From Trichoplax sp. H2 (taxonomy: Eukaryota), in the NCBI GenBank assembly GCA_003344405.1, contig NOWV01000020.1:558001-622000 (forward strand): 64,000 nucleotides of DNA. The letters are read 5' to 3'. The notes beneath the pieces are model-generated. The model searched no databases, was not told the DNA's origin, and was given only the letters and a program-made list of their open reading frames with translations. Both the position numbers and the translations under genes were made by a program. The stretch's first letter is position 1. Every line of letters begins with the position of its first letter. This document shows, piece after piece, positions 35,443 through 49,175 of this stretch.

Positions 35443-37228
35443 ATGGAGATCATCTCGCCTGAAGGTAGGACTGATTGCATTACATCCTGTTACAGTGATG
35501 ACTATAAATTATGGGAAAAATTCAATGGTTAATTCCTAGTAAAATGTCGAAATTGAGTAGGGAAGATTCAATGGTGTGCTCTATTTGTTGAATGCGTCAT
35601 GGGTAGCAAATGCAACTCGATTTACCGTTGGTAATCTATCAATGGATTTACTAGCATGATGGATCGGTTTTAGTGTTAGTTTAAAGTGGATCGACAGAGT
35701 ACATTGCTTGACTCAAATAGTCTTTGATGTCGTTGTCATTGGGTATCGTTAAATTGTCGGCTGTTGCTATCATAGGTGTACAGTGATTGATGAGATATTC
35801 TTGGACTGTTGTAGGCTTGAGAATTGATGGTAGGCGTCCAGAAGAAATTCGTCGATTTAATTGTCGGTTAGGTGTATTATCGAGAGCTGATGGTTCAGCT
35901 TACTTAGAACAAGGCAACACAAAAGCCCTGGCTTCCATCAACGGCCCACACCAAGTATGTTGAATCTTGGACATTGATTGATAGTTGGAAATTGTTCTAT
36001 ATATCCATGAAAAAGCTTTTATCATCCTCGATGCCTTTCAAATAAGAATCCTTTTTTTCGATCTTCAATGGGTTACTTTAGGCAGGTGATAAAGCCAAAA
36101 TCAAGCATGATCGTGTCCATATCAATTTTCAATACAGTATGGCTACGTTCAGTACTAATGAAAGACGGAATCGTCCTAAAGGCGATAAGTATGTGCCAGC
36201 CTTATAGCTGAAACTTGTCCAGGGAATAATAATTGACTCAGTCGCATACTTTGTGATAAAGATTATTGCATCGGCTGTGGGAAATATTGAAGAAATCGAT
36301 CAATTAATAATATTTTTATATCATTTTTAACGTAGGCGTTCAATAGATATTTCTCAGCTTATGCGTGAAATTTTTCAGTCAGCGATACTCACAGATTTAT
36401 ATCCTAAATCGCAGATTGATATTCATGTACAAATATTGCAAGCTGATGGAGGTACGCTCTAAGAATTATTATTGAATAGTAAGGAGTAAAATGTTCTGGA
36501 AATGCGTTATTAATTTCACGACAATAGTATACATTTTATAGTATTGATACAGAGCTAATGGGGTAATAAAGTAGGATACACCACTGTACAATGAAGATTT
36601 CTTGCATTCCTATATAGAATAGCTTATTAGAATGTTTCACTGATGTCATTTATACTTCAATAGGGAACTATAGTGCTTGCATAAATGCGGCAACATTAGC
36701 ATTAATGGACGCTGGCGTCCCAATGAAAGACTTTATTTGCTCCTGTACAGCTAGCCTTGTAGATAGTAAAACTATTATAGGTAAGCAGATGAAAAACAAC
36801 ATCACATGCCTAGTCCTCAAATTTGTGTATAATAACAATATAAACACAAAGTAATATTGCAGTTGAACCATTTATCATCTACAAAGTTGATGCTCAATGA
36901 TGCTGTTTTATCTTTTCCATATAGATGTAAATAATTCTGAAGAATTGCATTTTAGTAATCCTTTATTGACACTAGCTATCTTACCCACATCTGAAGAAAT
37001 CATTCTTTGTCAGGTAAGAAATACAGATTAGGATATCTTTAGCAGCTTTAGTGGTATTTGTACTAAGTAACACTACCAAATCAATAGATGAAATCTAGGC
37101 TGCATGCTGATCATTTAGAAGATATTTTGAAGGCTGGCATAAAAGGCTGTAAAGACATTTACGAGATAATGCATCGGGAAGTGCTAAATCATGTTCGGGA
37201 AGCTGCTGCGGTTATGAATGCAACGTGA
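35443..37228 (+). CDS. EXOSC4: Exosome complex component RRP41 (RNase PH family), 7 exons
   Basis: MEIISPEG|LRIDGRRPEEIRRFNCRLGVLSRADGSAYLEQGNTKALASINGPHQ, QYSMATFSTNERRNRPKGDKRS, LYPKSQIDIHVQILQADGGNYSACINAATLALMDAGVPMKDF, MKSRLHADHLEDIL. Stop TGA at 37226-37228. Confidence 0.97.
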
Positions 37229-40200
37229 TGATGGAGAATGGAGACTTATTATTAATATAGTTTTAACGTGTAGATTTACCAAATAAAGTATCACTGTTTT
37301 TCATCTCAGTTATTAACCAACGTTGTTGGCTTACTTGCCCTCTTCAATCATTGACCGTGTGGTCTGATAAAACGAAACTTAAATTCACTTGCAAGAAATA
37401 GTTCTTGTTTATCAGCATAATATGGACTATTATCGAGTATACATTCAATATTGCCAATATATGACTGATAGTAATATTTGCATAACAAAAATCAGTCAGA
37501 GAGAGAGCTGTCGTCTCGTAACATTGATGACATGTTCGTTGTATCTAGGCTTTCGGACATTGGCCGTAATACATACAAATACTGCCAATCTTTCATGGTT
37601 CATTTCATCCTAATGCCGGCACATGACACAAGATACGGATAATGTAGAACATGATTATTTTATTTTTTAATGTTTCGGAAAACACGCTTTTAAGGCTTCA
37701 GTTGATTTTCTTTATAGGCAAATCTCTAACTTGATTAGTACAGTTAAGTATTAAATATAAAAGAAACTAGTAAACAGAAATTATAATGGATAGCTTTGTT
37801 GTTAGATGCAACCCAAGAATGAAGTACGAGTATGTTGAGTAATGCTCTATATCAAAGATGCAGAAATGTCGCGAGCGGAAACGTATAACAATTGTTTTAC
37901 AATGTATTAAAGAAAAGATGCATGATTAATTTACAAGATTTGATTATAATTTTTAGAATCGCCAGGGTTACTACCGTACATACAAACATACGGCAGGCTT
38001 CTAATTGTAATAGAGAGATACTGATGCAAGATGCAAGAATCAGACATTAGAAAGATACTTTCCCATCAGATACGTATAATACGTCTTCCCGGATTTCTAT
38101 TTATGATCGAACAGTGATATTTAAACTCCAGGTTATTTGTCGAGAGTCTTAAGGCTGAAAAATGAGTGTTATTATGATTGGATAACGAAGTTTAATCTCC
38201 AGTTAATCTACTAAATCTTGCAGCTGAAAACCAGTATTGCTATAACCAAAGTCCAATCTCCTCTTTATTCAATACATTGATTAATTATCGCAATATTGGG
38301 CTCTATTTACTATACGTGATCCGAAATATTACTTTTAACCGAAAATTATGTATAGGATATAAGACTCAGTCATGACTGCCATTTTGCAACTGACAACTTA
38401 CAGTGGGTTACTGTAATAATGGTATTTATTTTAGTTCTAATAGAGAATTTCACTGTAGAGCTCCTCTAAGAATGAATTCATATATGCTATTGAAAGTTGC
38501 GACTCTGATTGTGATTGTGTTGTATGAATGAACTAAAACATCAAAATCAATTTAACAGGAAGAAAAATACAAATAGCTGACAATAGATTACGAAGGGATT
38601 GCAATAAGTTAAGTCGAGATTTCCTGTGTAAAATAAGAGCAATTATCAATTACTATTATTGAGAATTTGTCGACCTTTCTATGACCTGAATTCTGTATTG
38701 ATAAATTACTTGTATATTCAGTCCGCCTGTAAGATACTGTAACAGGATGTTATCAATTTTATTTGAATGGTTTACAAAGAATTGTTTCTTTGAACGACTA
38801 AGCCTATATCGAACATTAAATATTTCCCACGACCGATTACTAGGCTATTTTGATTTGGCAGTTGCTACAGTGCCGTTGCTATGCAGTTATAAATCGGTGC
38901 ATGTGACTAATAAGATACAGAATCTGTTGCCCGATGTAGAAACAATCTATCAGCGAATTGATTGTTAAATTAGCGAAATTCGATCTATAGATGATTTAGT
39001 ATCCATAACAACTACTAGATAATGAACGATATTATGATTGATATTAAGAGAATAAATAGGTGGTTTTATCCATTTGTATTGCATTAAAAGCATCAAAAAT
39101 GTTATTTTGAAAAACATTGGAAATGGATACAACTATGCAGAAGTAGCTTGATCTACTCACTAAGCCTTTTAGTAATCATTGGCTATGTATAGCAAACTTT
39201 ATAAGCAAAGAGATTCGATTGCCTCATGTTAACCTAATTTAATTCACTTCTAAACTGAATGATTTATCTTTCAAACTACCGGTACTTATGAATTATTAGA
39301 TTAATCTAATATAAATTTGGCAACTTTAACAATCTTTAACATGGAACTATAATATCTTTTTTCGCCTTTGTTAATGCATAAGTGCATCTTATTCACAGAT
39401 CTTTAAGATCGCTTGAACAATTAATATCGACGTATATCTAGCGCCATTATCAATCATAATTAACATCAATTGCGTATTAATTGTTGTAACATGCTTCTAT
39501 TTCTAAATTCCGCAGATTCTAGCTGTGCTTTTCTAACTATATTGCTTTTGTAGACATAATGCTTTTATTGTAACTACCCCAACCAACAATAGATAGAAGT
39601 ACTTCCGTATAATGCTATAGTTTACTGTGTTATTAAAATTCTTGAGAAAAAGATAAATAAAACTTAGTTTATGAAGGTAAATGTTATCTATAATTTCCAA
39701 GAATACAAATAATGTTATCCATGATTGTAAAGAATACAAATAAAGGTTTAATGTGGCCTTAAATTTGTCAATTAATAAGGCTGCGTTGTTTTGCTGGGTA
39801 ATATCGCTGTCTCATTGGATTGATGGTGGCTAAGAATATTAACAGTTCTGTAGTCTATAAATAAATAGCTTTAATTGTTTGAGGTAAATTATAAATGAAA
39901 CAGTGCCATTCCTAAGTAGTTACTAGTACATCTCAATATAATTATTTTTAACAGCATTAAGACAAACGTTTCTTAACTCAGTACGGTAGACTATATGTAA
40001 CATATTATTTTTGCATTGCTATTGTCACGAACAATGTTGATAGTCTAAAGGAAAGTAAATTTGTAGAACAATTGCTTTACCTATGATGTACTTCAGATAG
40101 ATTGCCACGAATTACGGAGTATCTTAGCCGCTTATTTCCTATTATGTAGCACTTAATTTTTAGGTTGACGACAGACTAAACATTGCCATTTGAAATAGGA

Positions 40201-41065
40201 ATAATGCAATTTCGTGATATTGCAATTTAATTTAATTAAGATTTCATTTTACCCAGGCTATATAATATATATCATTGCTGAATTCAAGTTCAATTCTAAT
40301 ATTTTGTATTTCTAAACGATGTTAAATCTAATTTAATATCGTTTCTGCGAAAGGTGCTTCAATAAGTTAAATGCAATTAATTTACTGTTCAGGCTGTTTC
40401 GGCCTATAATGGCGATTAGATATGTGGAGAAACGTTTTTAAAACTCTAATCTGGGAGCATCTTCTCCATCGAAAGTAATTTATTGTCTTAATTACATTCA
40501 TAAGAATTATATTTTTAATGATGAACCCAATCATAATTATCCTTTTGTTCTTAGAATCAACAAGCTAATTGCTATTTCGGATCTAAAATAATCTAAATTA
40601 CTTTTCGTATATAAAGCTGGAAGTGAGTTGACTGTAGCCAAAAACAATCAATGCAGATCCATGACGGCTGTTGGCAGGTTAGGTTACATTGGTACTTGTT
40701 ACTCTGTTGTATCTATTTTTCATTAGCTATTTTGCTTGATAAATGAACATAAATCCTGCTACAAGAGAGTTATAATTTTTATTTCAGTTTATCATTAACG
40801 TACGTTTTCATCAATATCGCCTTCTAAATTTGACAGTGGGTACTTTGATTTTACAGCATTATTAGATGATGTAGTGAATTACGTTTCCTTGTATACAGTA
40901 GAATACATAAAACTAATTCGTCATGTTTTAACAACAAACGATGTCTACAATGTCGTTATAATATCCGATTAATTTCAGTAAATAATATATATTTATTATT
41001 TATAAACTAGGAAAATGATCAATTCTCCAATACTCAGCCCCTGTTGTCTTTAAGTTCTCCACATA

Positions 41066-41403
41066 TGAAATTTCCTTCCACATTTACATATCAGTATTCT
41101 AATTTTAGCGATAGAAGCGATCAAGTCATCTTGTTTAATTTTAATTCACTGAATGATTTATGACAATCTTGAAGATAATTGCTACCAAAGTTTATTCTTA
41201 ACCGTGGTGAGCTATTAATAGTGGTATGGCATTTTCTGAGCATGAAATTTCCCTCCATATTCATATATCAGTATTGTCATTTAGCGATAGAGCACGATCA
41301 AGTCATCTTATTTAACTCTCTAAATGACTTATTACAAATCTTAAAGATAATTGCTACCAAAGTTTATTCTCTAACCATGAGTAACTGTTAATGATAGCAT
41401 GGC
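41066..41403 (+). repeat. Diverged tandem duplication, period about 176 bp
   Basis: atgaaatttcc..tatcagtatt..tttagcgataga..cgatcaagtcatctt..aagataattgctaccaaagtttattct at about 41066 and 41242. Confidence 0.85.
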
Positions 41404-41694
41404 GTAGCCATCTATCAATTGGATTCGTCATCGTTAGTTTATCTTAGGTACTCATTGATGACAAAAATGATGGCCTTCTCGGTGAATAATAAAATAGACT
41501 TTGATTTTCTTTATCCTTTACCATCAAGCAGTTCTTCCCATTGTATAATTTTCACGCATTTAATTGGTTCAATTTTAAGATATTTATATTCTAGAATACT
41601 TTTTAAATCAATATTGTCATTTCCTAGCCTGACTTGATTGACAATATTCATGAAATTGCATTCCCTTATATATGTATAATTTCATCGGCGTGCC

Positions 41695-41880
41695 CTGAAC
41701 CAATCTATTTGCAGGAAGATGGTTTCTATAGTAAGGCTCCGATGTTAAATAATAAGATGGCGGCACCAGTCCGAATGGGAATATAGTAGTGGTGCCAAAG
41801 TTATCACTCTTAGGCGCTAGGATAATCAAGTGCTGTTATAGAGGATATAAAAGGCTGGCTCATTTTGGACAGAATCAGCC
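41695..41880 (+). promoter_or_regulatory. Candidate TATA-type promoter for the GPCR at 43027
   Basis: Local GC-richer patch with CCAAT (41700), AAGATGGCGGC (41754, YY1 consensus) and TATAAAAG (41846-41853). A splice acceptor ttcttgtttcag lies at 42997, just before the ATG. Confidence 0.35.
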
Positions 41881-43026
41881 GATAATCTGCGATCTAACTG
41901 TTTACAGCTACATAATCTGAGTTTACTACCGTAATATTCCACAATAATTTTATGTAATAAACTATTTTAACCAATAGATTTAGGAAAGAGTGATTGACAG
42001 CTTGAGTAGGGATAGAGATTGTACTTTATTACATTATCTTAATTTGATGAGTAATATTATTCAACATTTTCGTAGAGTGGAAAAATCTATGGAATGTTGA
42101 TGTCGCGGGTAGTGCTGCAAATATTGACCAATAATTTTTCTTTCAGGAAATCGAACTGAAAGCTTAATTAAAGTCTAAACACTACCTTAGGCGATAAAAT
42201 TGTTAGGCCTTAAGTATTGTAAATCGTTCACTTTGATAATATTGCCTTGAGATCATCATATTAGGATTTAGTACAGCATTAAATTTCAAATTATACTTAG
42301 TTGACATTGGTAGCTAAGTGCAAAATAAAGTATGGCCTAGCAACACAAATTGGTTATTTTTAACCGATAATCTAATTACTATCGTAATGGCTGCTACTTT
42401 CGCTAAAGCTTAGTCCATATTACAATGCAAAGACTGATTAAAGAAATTTACGAATACATATTTCATTATATATACGTCTTGGATGAATCAAAATGGAACT
42501 CGAAATATGTATTATTGAAGTAATATTATATCATTGGAGATTAAATAATTGTTTAGATATTGAAGTATATGATAAGAGGCTTATACTGTTAGATGTAATG
42601 ATTACATTGATTTAGGGCACGAATTTAGCTTTAAGGATGCAGTAATTTTAATTGGAGATTATTATCAACTGTAGATTAGCGGTGAGTACTATTTACCGTA
42701 TGATATGTTATATATTTATCTATAGGAACTTCAGAGACTTCAAAGTTTAGAAAGAGCTAAGCAAATCTTATCAAGCATTTGCTTAGTCCCTATTATAATT
42801 ATAGAAGAAAATAGTCTAGTAGAAATTTGATTTCTCAAAATAAATCAGCGGCTGATCTAGTCGTGATTCTTATTACTGTAATTCATGTCTGGACAAATTA
42901 TAACGGAGAAATTCAATTCTATTAGTGTACATAAACCTGTAACAGATGAAAAACTGATCAACCCTCTTTTATTAAATTCATTTCATTCTTGTTTCAGGGC
43001 AATTATTTCAAGAGTACAAAGCTACC

Positions 43027-44220
43027 ATGAATTCCTGGATAACGAACATTTCATCATTAAATCATTCTCTGTATTCTCATGCTGCGTCAACGAATACATC
43101 TGATATATATCGGCTACGGATTGAGATTTTTTATGGCATTGTGGCCGTCTTAACAATTCTGAATAATTTAACCGTACTGCTGATAATTCTCTCCAATCGA
43201 AGACTTCATAATTCTGCCAATGCGGTCATGGGAAGTATGTTTTTTGCCGGAATTGTGTTTGCATCAGTTTATATCTTTCCACGATATGTTATACCCGAAA
43301 TAAGTATGCAGAATAACATCTACTGCAGTTTAGCCGGGATTATTGCACCAACTGCGATAGTTATCATTAATCTACACTTAATGATGATCAGTTGGGATAA
43401 ATATCATGCTGCACATGATCCATTTGAGCATAGAGCAGTAAAAGATAAGAAAGCTTTTGGTATTATCTCTAGTTTAATCATTTGGATCTTGGCTATATAC
43501 ACTGGATTGCTACCGATTATTCTACAATTTCGAGTCATAGATCAACGAGATTGCAGCCAAATCAGCTATATCAACATTCATTATGAAAGAGTCTACTACT
43601 ATTTAGTAGTAGGGATATTTTTTGTATTACCATTTATTATCAAGACTTATTTTTATCTCAGTATTTATCAAATAATTAAAAAGAGTACAGCCAAGGCGAT
43701 AGGAGATACAAATAAAATCCAAGATATTCGAAAACATTATAAAGCTGCAAAAGTAATCGCCATTTTAGTTATTACTTATTTCTTGATGTGGACCCCTTTC
43801 GTTATCTATCTCGCTTTTCGGATTGGCATCAGCTCAGAAAAATTATTTTACAACCCCCAATTATTTAAAAGCATCTTAGATTGGCGCCAAGCTAGTCAAT
43901 GTGTTGCTTTCACCTATCCAGCTATAAATCCTATCCTTTATGGATATTTTATTCCGGATATAAGAAATTATTTTATCAGTTTATTTTATAAGAGGGAAAG
44001 ATTGAATACTTCTTTAAGTAGAACCAAATTGACTAATGCATCCTTTGGAGCTTCTGAGATGAAAGATGCGCAAAGAAATTATGACAACGCTAACAGATCA
44101 AATGAGCAAATTGCATGCGTCCAAAATTATGATAATTCCGTAACGAAACTGGATCTTAATCCTAACATTGTCGATGCAAGCTTTTCCGATTCCAGTCAAC
44201 TGAATGTGGCAAGTTTCTGA
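43027..44220 (+). CDS. Single-exon class A GPCR (paralog 1 of 3)
   Basis: 397-aa ORF with 7 hydrophobic segments, YCSL, SWDKY, MWTPF and NPILY. Confidence 0.93.
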   Translation: MNSWITNISSLNHSLYSHAASTNTSDIYRLRIEIFYGIVAVLTILNNLTVLLIILSNRRLHNSANAVMGSMFFAGIVFASVYIFPRYVIPEISMQNNIYCSLAGIIAPTAIVIINLHLMMISWDKYHAAHDPFEHRAVKDKKAFGIISSLIIWILAIYTGLLPIILQFRVIDQRDCSQISYINIHYERVYYYLVVGIFFVLPFIIKTYFYLSIYQIIKKSTAKAIGDTNKIQDIRKHYKAAKVIAILVITYFLMWTPFVIYLAFRIGISSEKLFYNPQLFKSILDWRQASQCVAFTYPAINPILYGYFIPDIRNYFISLFYKRERLNTSLSRTKLTNASFGASEMKDAQRNYDNANRSNEQIACVQNYDNSVTKLDLNPNIVDASFSDSSQLNVASF

Positions 44221-47200
44221 TGCTATTGCGGATATAAAGTTCAGCAATGACGTGTTTAAGCTTGATAGTGCGTATAATAATAATATAAACCGGATATCAC
44301 AATTATTGCTTAAGCTAAAGGTCTAAGATACAATGAATAGTAATTTTCGTTTGTCAAAAAACTCGGGTAATCGGAGATTGACGATAAAATTTGTATAAAT
44401 GAGGTCAAAGTCTGACTAATACGCGTGGATATTCTAAAATTATAATTTTGATACGAAAGTATTTCATGTTAGTAAAATGAGTGCATTTGAAGTAATAATT
44501 TGAAGTATTTAAGATAAAAACTGATCTACTTTAAAGGAATGATATAAATTTCAAAGTAGTTTCATCTACGTTACAAGTAGGAAGTCTCTCAAAGATTCAA
44601 ATGATTAATTTTGGATAATTGGATGGTTAATCTTCATACGGTACCGTACTTTGCTAAAGCAGTTGTTATTGTATTTTTTTACAAGTATACAATTGCGTGC
44701 TAATAACTTCTTGGCTAGGCAATTTTTTTTCTGACTGTTCCTAGGATGCTTACCTCTATTAGGATTGTAATCCTTACGAAGAATCTACATGTATTTTCCA
44801 GTACGTGACCGTATTCTAATATTTAGCCCTTTCATGGGTATTTATTGGAACTGAAAGAAAATATCAGCCGTATTTGCTATCCATTCTTTTATACTAATGT
44901 CATCAACACTAAATTTTCGTAAAACGTTTAAGATTTAGAGATATTGTTTGCGATAGATAATAAATCAATGGATTATACACATCAATATTTATATACATAC
45001 TATACTAGATAAAATCAGCGTGAATTATAAAATACGGCTAAATATCGAACATTTGAATAATTTTAAGTAGATCTTATCGATAAATGAATACAAGTTAATA
45101 TGCATAATTAGATACTGCGGCATGATAAATGCAGTGATCTACTCAAATATAAATGGTGTTGCTCTTTCTATGTATTTACTTTTCAAGTAATACAAATGTA
45201 TGTTCAGATTTTACTTGTGCATATTATTTTTATTATAAGCACCGATAACTATTCTTTATTTATTATCAGCTTAAATGTTAAAAATATTATAAGGAGAATG
45301 TCCGAGTTGCAAATCAGTCGGATTAACTGCACGTTACTATTATAATATCATCATATGTATCACATAACGTACAAGTTATTCTTCAATCATTTAATTTAAG
45401 TAACCCTAATATTAGCTAAAATGCGACCTCTTTCTTCAACAATATACTTCTATTTAGATACTAATACTCATCTAAGTTTGATATAAACTGCAATAATCAA
45501 ATAGTAAGTTATACATATTGGTACACTGTAGAGAATGTAAAATGGTTAGCAAGGCTGATTAAATAAATTCTATCTTAATACTGTTATTAATTTTCATCTT
45601 GTGCTGGAGTCAAAGAAATAAGACTATGTTTATATACATGCATTCTATTATTATGATTGCTATCATTTGCGGTACTGATAAAATGCCATTTACGGTTGAT
45701 TTGGCGTTTATTCTACTATAGACTGTATTTACTCAATATTCATTCAGTTTCCATATTGTTATTACAATAGAACCTCAGTTAGAAATGAATAACGGCTGCT
45801 AAACGGAATTATGTTAGGCTGCCAAATTTTAGGTAAACCTGAAGTTCATTATCAGACATGGTGTAACTGCGTTATCGCAGCTCTATAATTTAAGCATGAG
45901 ACAAAAGTTAGATTTGGTGATATAATAGCAATTGATAATAGAATCTGGAAAAATATTGAGTACATAAGATTAAAAACATGCCAATTACACAATCTATTAA
46001 TTAATTTCTTAATAATGATGTGTAAATGGTCTCCAACTAATTAGTTTAGAGAAATTTTCATGCGCAGCGTTGAGATAATTAGCAAAAGTAGTATGCTATT
46101 TAGTAAATGAAACATTTTAGTTGTTGTGATTCAATATTTTGATTATAGTACCATTAAAAAATAAAGTTTCATTAATAGATTCTTTATAACTTACTGATAT
46201 GACTAATTGAATGCTGTAATTGAACAGCAAGATGACGTTTAATGTAATGAGAGAGACTATCAAGACTAGTTTAGTTACATGCATACAGTGCACTTTTCTA
46301 ATGGGGGTAAAGTAGTACAATGTGTAAAAGTCGTTAATGAGAACTTATTAATCGGCAGTGATAAATTATTTGCAAGTAGTAATGTGCTAGTTTAATTTAT
46401 TTTATTCTGCTTTTATCTATCTGAACAGTAATTATGCTGCAGGATTGCCCTCCAGTAAAAAATATATACAATCAGGGGTAAATTTTTGCTACATTTTATC
46501 TGATATTACTTCGCTCAAGTATATCAACGTTTAAACATAGACTGCTTTATTTGGCAGTGTAGCGGTAACATGTTACTTATCATTTTTTATGTTTGATCTA
46601 GCAGCTTCCTGAAAATATTAATCGGCGAACTAATATTGTGCTTAATTTCGAATTAAATTGACTTAAAGCCTAGATAATTTTATCAGTCATTAATGGGTCA
46701 AATACAAGCGTAAATATCAAATCGAGCGGCTGGTTAACATATCGCGACCTGTATTCATGAAGGTTGTAACTATTAATTAAAATTTATCTTTTGTTGTACG
46801 CAAATATTAATTTACCTTATTAACAATATTGAGAACTGCTTACATAATAAATACAGTACAAGCTTATATATAAACAAGTTGGTAATTAAATAATGCATTA
46901 CAGTCATTCTTTTAGTATCGAAGAGTAGCGTGATAACTTATACAGAGAACAAATCTTACTGCAGTATTGCCGACTAAAACACTGCAATTCTATCTATTAA
47001 ATTACATATTCAAAATCAATGATATTGACGAGAGATGATATAAAGCCATCGCCCCCGTTCATTAATGAAATTACTTCACGATTATAACAATTTGATATTG
47101 GTGGCAATCTTACAACCGGAGCGAAAAACTTAGAGACTAATTACTAATAAATGATGTGCTTGCTTGTAATATTTTATGTTATAAAATTCCACCCTTGCGG

Positions 47201-48182
47201 ATTTGATTACCCATCGATAGAAAATACATTCTTTCTTGAATAGATCCACTTAAATTACTGTAGAGAGTAATGACTAATTAAGTAAACATTAGATTAAAGA
47301 TACAATACACCCTTAATTAGGATTCTGTTGTGGTAAGAAAGAATCTTCAAGGGTTATTTGACTTTTTGTTCTATTTTGATATAAACATGCTTGATAACAA
47401 TACTGTAGTGATGAAAAGCTACGCCTACTGTTGTAACTGATCAATCCCACAGAGCTATCTAATTTGCGAAGTCGGTTTGATGATTAAATTGTAGTAAAAC
47501 TAATATTGTCGCGCAATACGAATTAGTAATTCCAGTACTAGTTAAGAATTGAACTTCAATTCAAAACTTACCGCATAAAATGATTGTTAAATATTCTACC
47601 ATGAAGTTATAAGTCGCAATGCAAAAGTCAAGGCACTATAATGATTATCAAGTATTTTTTAGCGTGAAGTCTTAAGGATTGGTGGTGGTTCGATCCTTTG
47701 ATAGGCTGTATTCATATGCTAATGTTAATTGTGTTTGCCATTAAGAAAGATATAAAATTAATGAGAAGCTCGCATTTCCGCGTCGAAACTTGTTCTTTTT
47801 GACTTACATATGGTAAAAAGTACTACTGGCCTTTTATTAGTGTGGTAAAATCTATAGATAAATATCAAAAAACAAACCATATTCCGACGACTCTCGATAT
47901 TATAAGCTATTGATAGATTAGCAAGAAAGTAAATGTTCGAAATCAATTTTCCATCGATGTAGAGTTATTGACAAACCAGATTTACACACAGTGATTTCTA
48001 CTTATTAACATGAAATATATTTCCTCACTTGGCCTTAATCTATCTATAGCAGCAGCAAATTAATTTTGCGATCAAAGTGATCCTAATTTTAGCTTTATTA
48101 TCATTAAATCTACCCGGTAACTACAATTGCAGTTTACATTAAAATAAGCAATTATTAGAATCATTTTAAATTATCTATTGCA

Positions 48183-49175
48183 ATGGCTAATAACTCTTTC
48201 TTACCAACATGGTTACCAGTCAATGATACATTCGAGGGTATCCCATTGCAAAGTATCCATCCATTTCGAATATTTCAAGCAGCAGCTTACGCAATTATTG
48301 GCAGTGTAACTATTTTAGCAAGTCTTGCAACTATTGCCATTATTATTCAAAATTTACGGCTTAGAAAAAATCAAGATTTTTTAGATGGTGAGCAACAGAA
48401 AATATCCAATGTAATTATGATTAGTATGTTTGTGGCAGATATTATCTTTTCAATTGGATATCTTTTCCCTCGATTTGTGATTCCTGCATCTTATAATAAC
48501 AACGTTTATTGCAGCCTTGTAAGCAGCATTGCTCCGACTATCATAACTATTATTAATCTTAGCCTGATGGCCATTAGTATAGATACCCTTGATTGCATTA
48601 TTAATCCTTTCCATTTACGATTTCGAACCAACAGTAAAAGGATTGGATTACTAATATCGATCGGGATTTGGATTATCGCAGTGCTTGTTGGGATAACACC
48701 TTTCATAGTCAGTTTTCGTCCTATTAATCAAGATTACTGTATACCTATGAATATCGACGAATTTGAAAAGGAACAAGCATATTTTTTGTCCGTCATTGGG
48801 ATATCCTTCTTATTGCCTTTAATTGTCATGATATACTGCTACACGCGTATCTTTATGCGAATTAGAAGGAGCAATTTCAACGATAAGATAAAAAGGAAGA
48901 CAGCTAAAGTTCTGAGCGTATTCGTCTCAATCTACTTCGTCATGTGGTTACCATTCGTTATTTGCTTAATACTAAATGCTATTTATCGACCAGTGCAACT
49001 AGCGGAGAAATTTCCGCAATTTGGTATGGTTGTTGCTATTTCCCAGCTTATTGCCTTTAGCTATCCAGCCATCAATCCAATCCTTTATGGATATTATGTT
49101 CCCTCGGTGCGGCGTTTTATGGTTTTTGTTGGTAATAAAATATTATCAAAGTTATTTTATTGGCGTCGGAACTGA
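48183..49175 (+). CDS. Single-exon class A GPCR (paralog 2 of 3)
   Basis: 330-aa ORF with 7 hydrophobic segments, YCSL, SIDTL, MWLPF and NPILY. Confidence 0.92.
   Translation: MANNSFLPTWLPVNDTFEGIPLQSIHPFRIFQAAAYAIIGSVTILASLATIAIIIQNLRLRKNQDFLDGEQQKISNVIMISMFVADIIFSIGYLFPRFVIPASYNNNVYCSLVSSIAPTIITIINLSLMAISIDTLDCIINPFHLRFRTNSKRIGLLISIGIWIIAVLVGITPFIVSFRPINQDYCIPMNIDEFEKEQAYFLSVIGISFLLPLIVMIYCYTRIFMRIRRSNFNDKIKRKTAKVLSVFVSIYFVMWLPFVICLILNAIYRPVQLAEKFPQFGMVVAISQLIAFSYPAINPILYGYYVPSVRRFMVFVGNKILSKLFYWRRN

Noticed and set aside
47640..47710. B-box-like GGTTCGATCC (47687-47696) suggesting a tRNA or SINE
   Set aside because: No cloverleaf, acceptor stem or A-box at the proper spacing.
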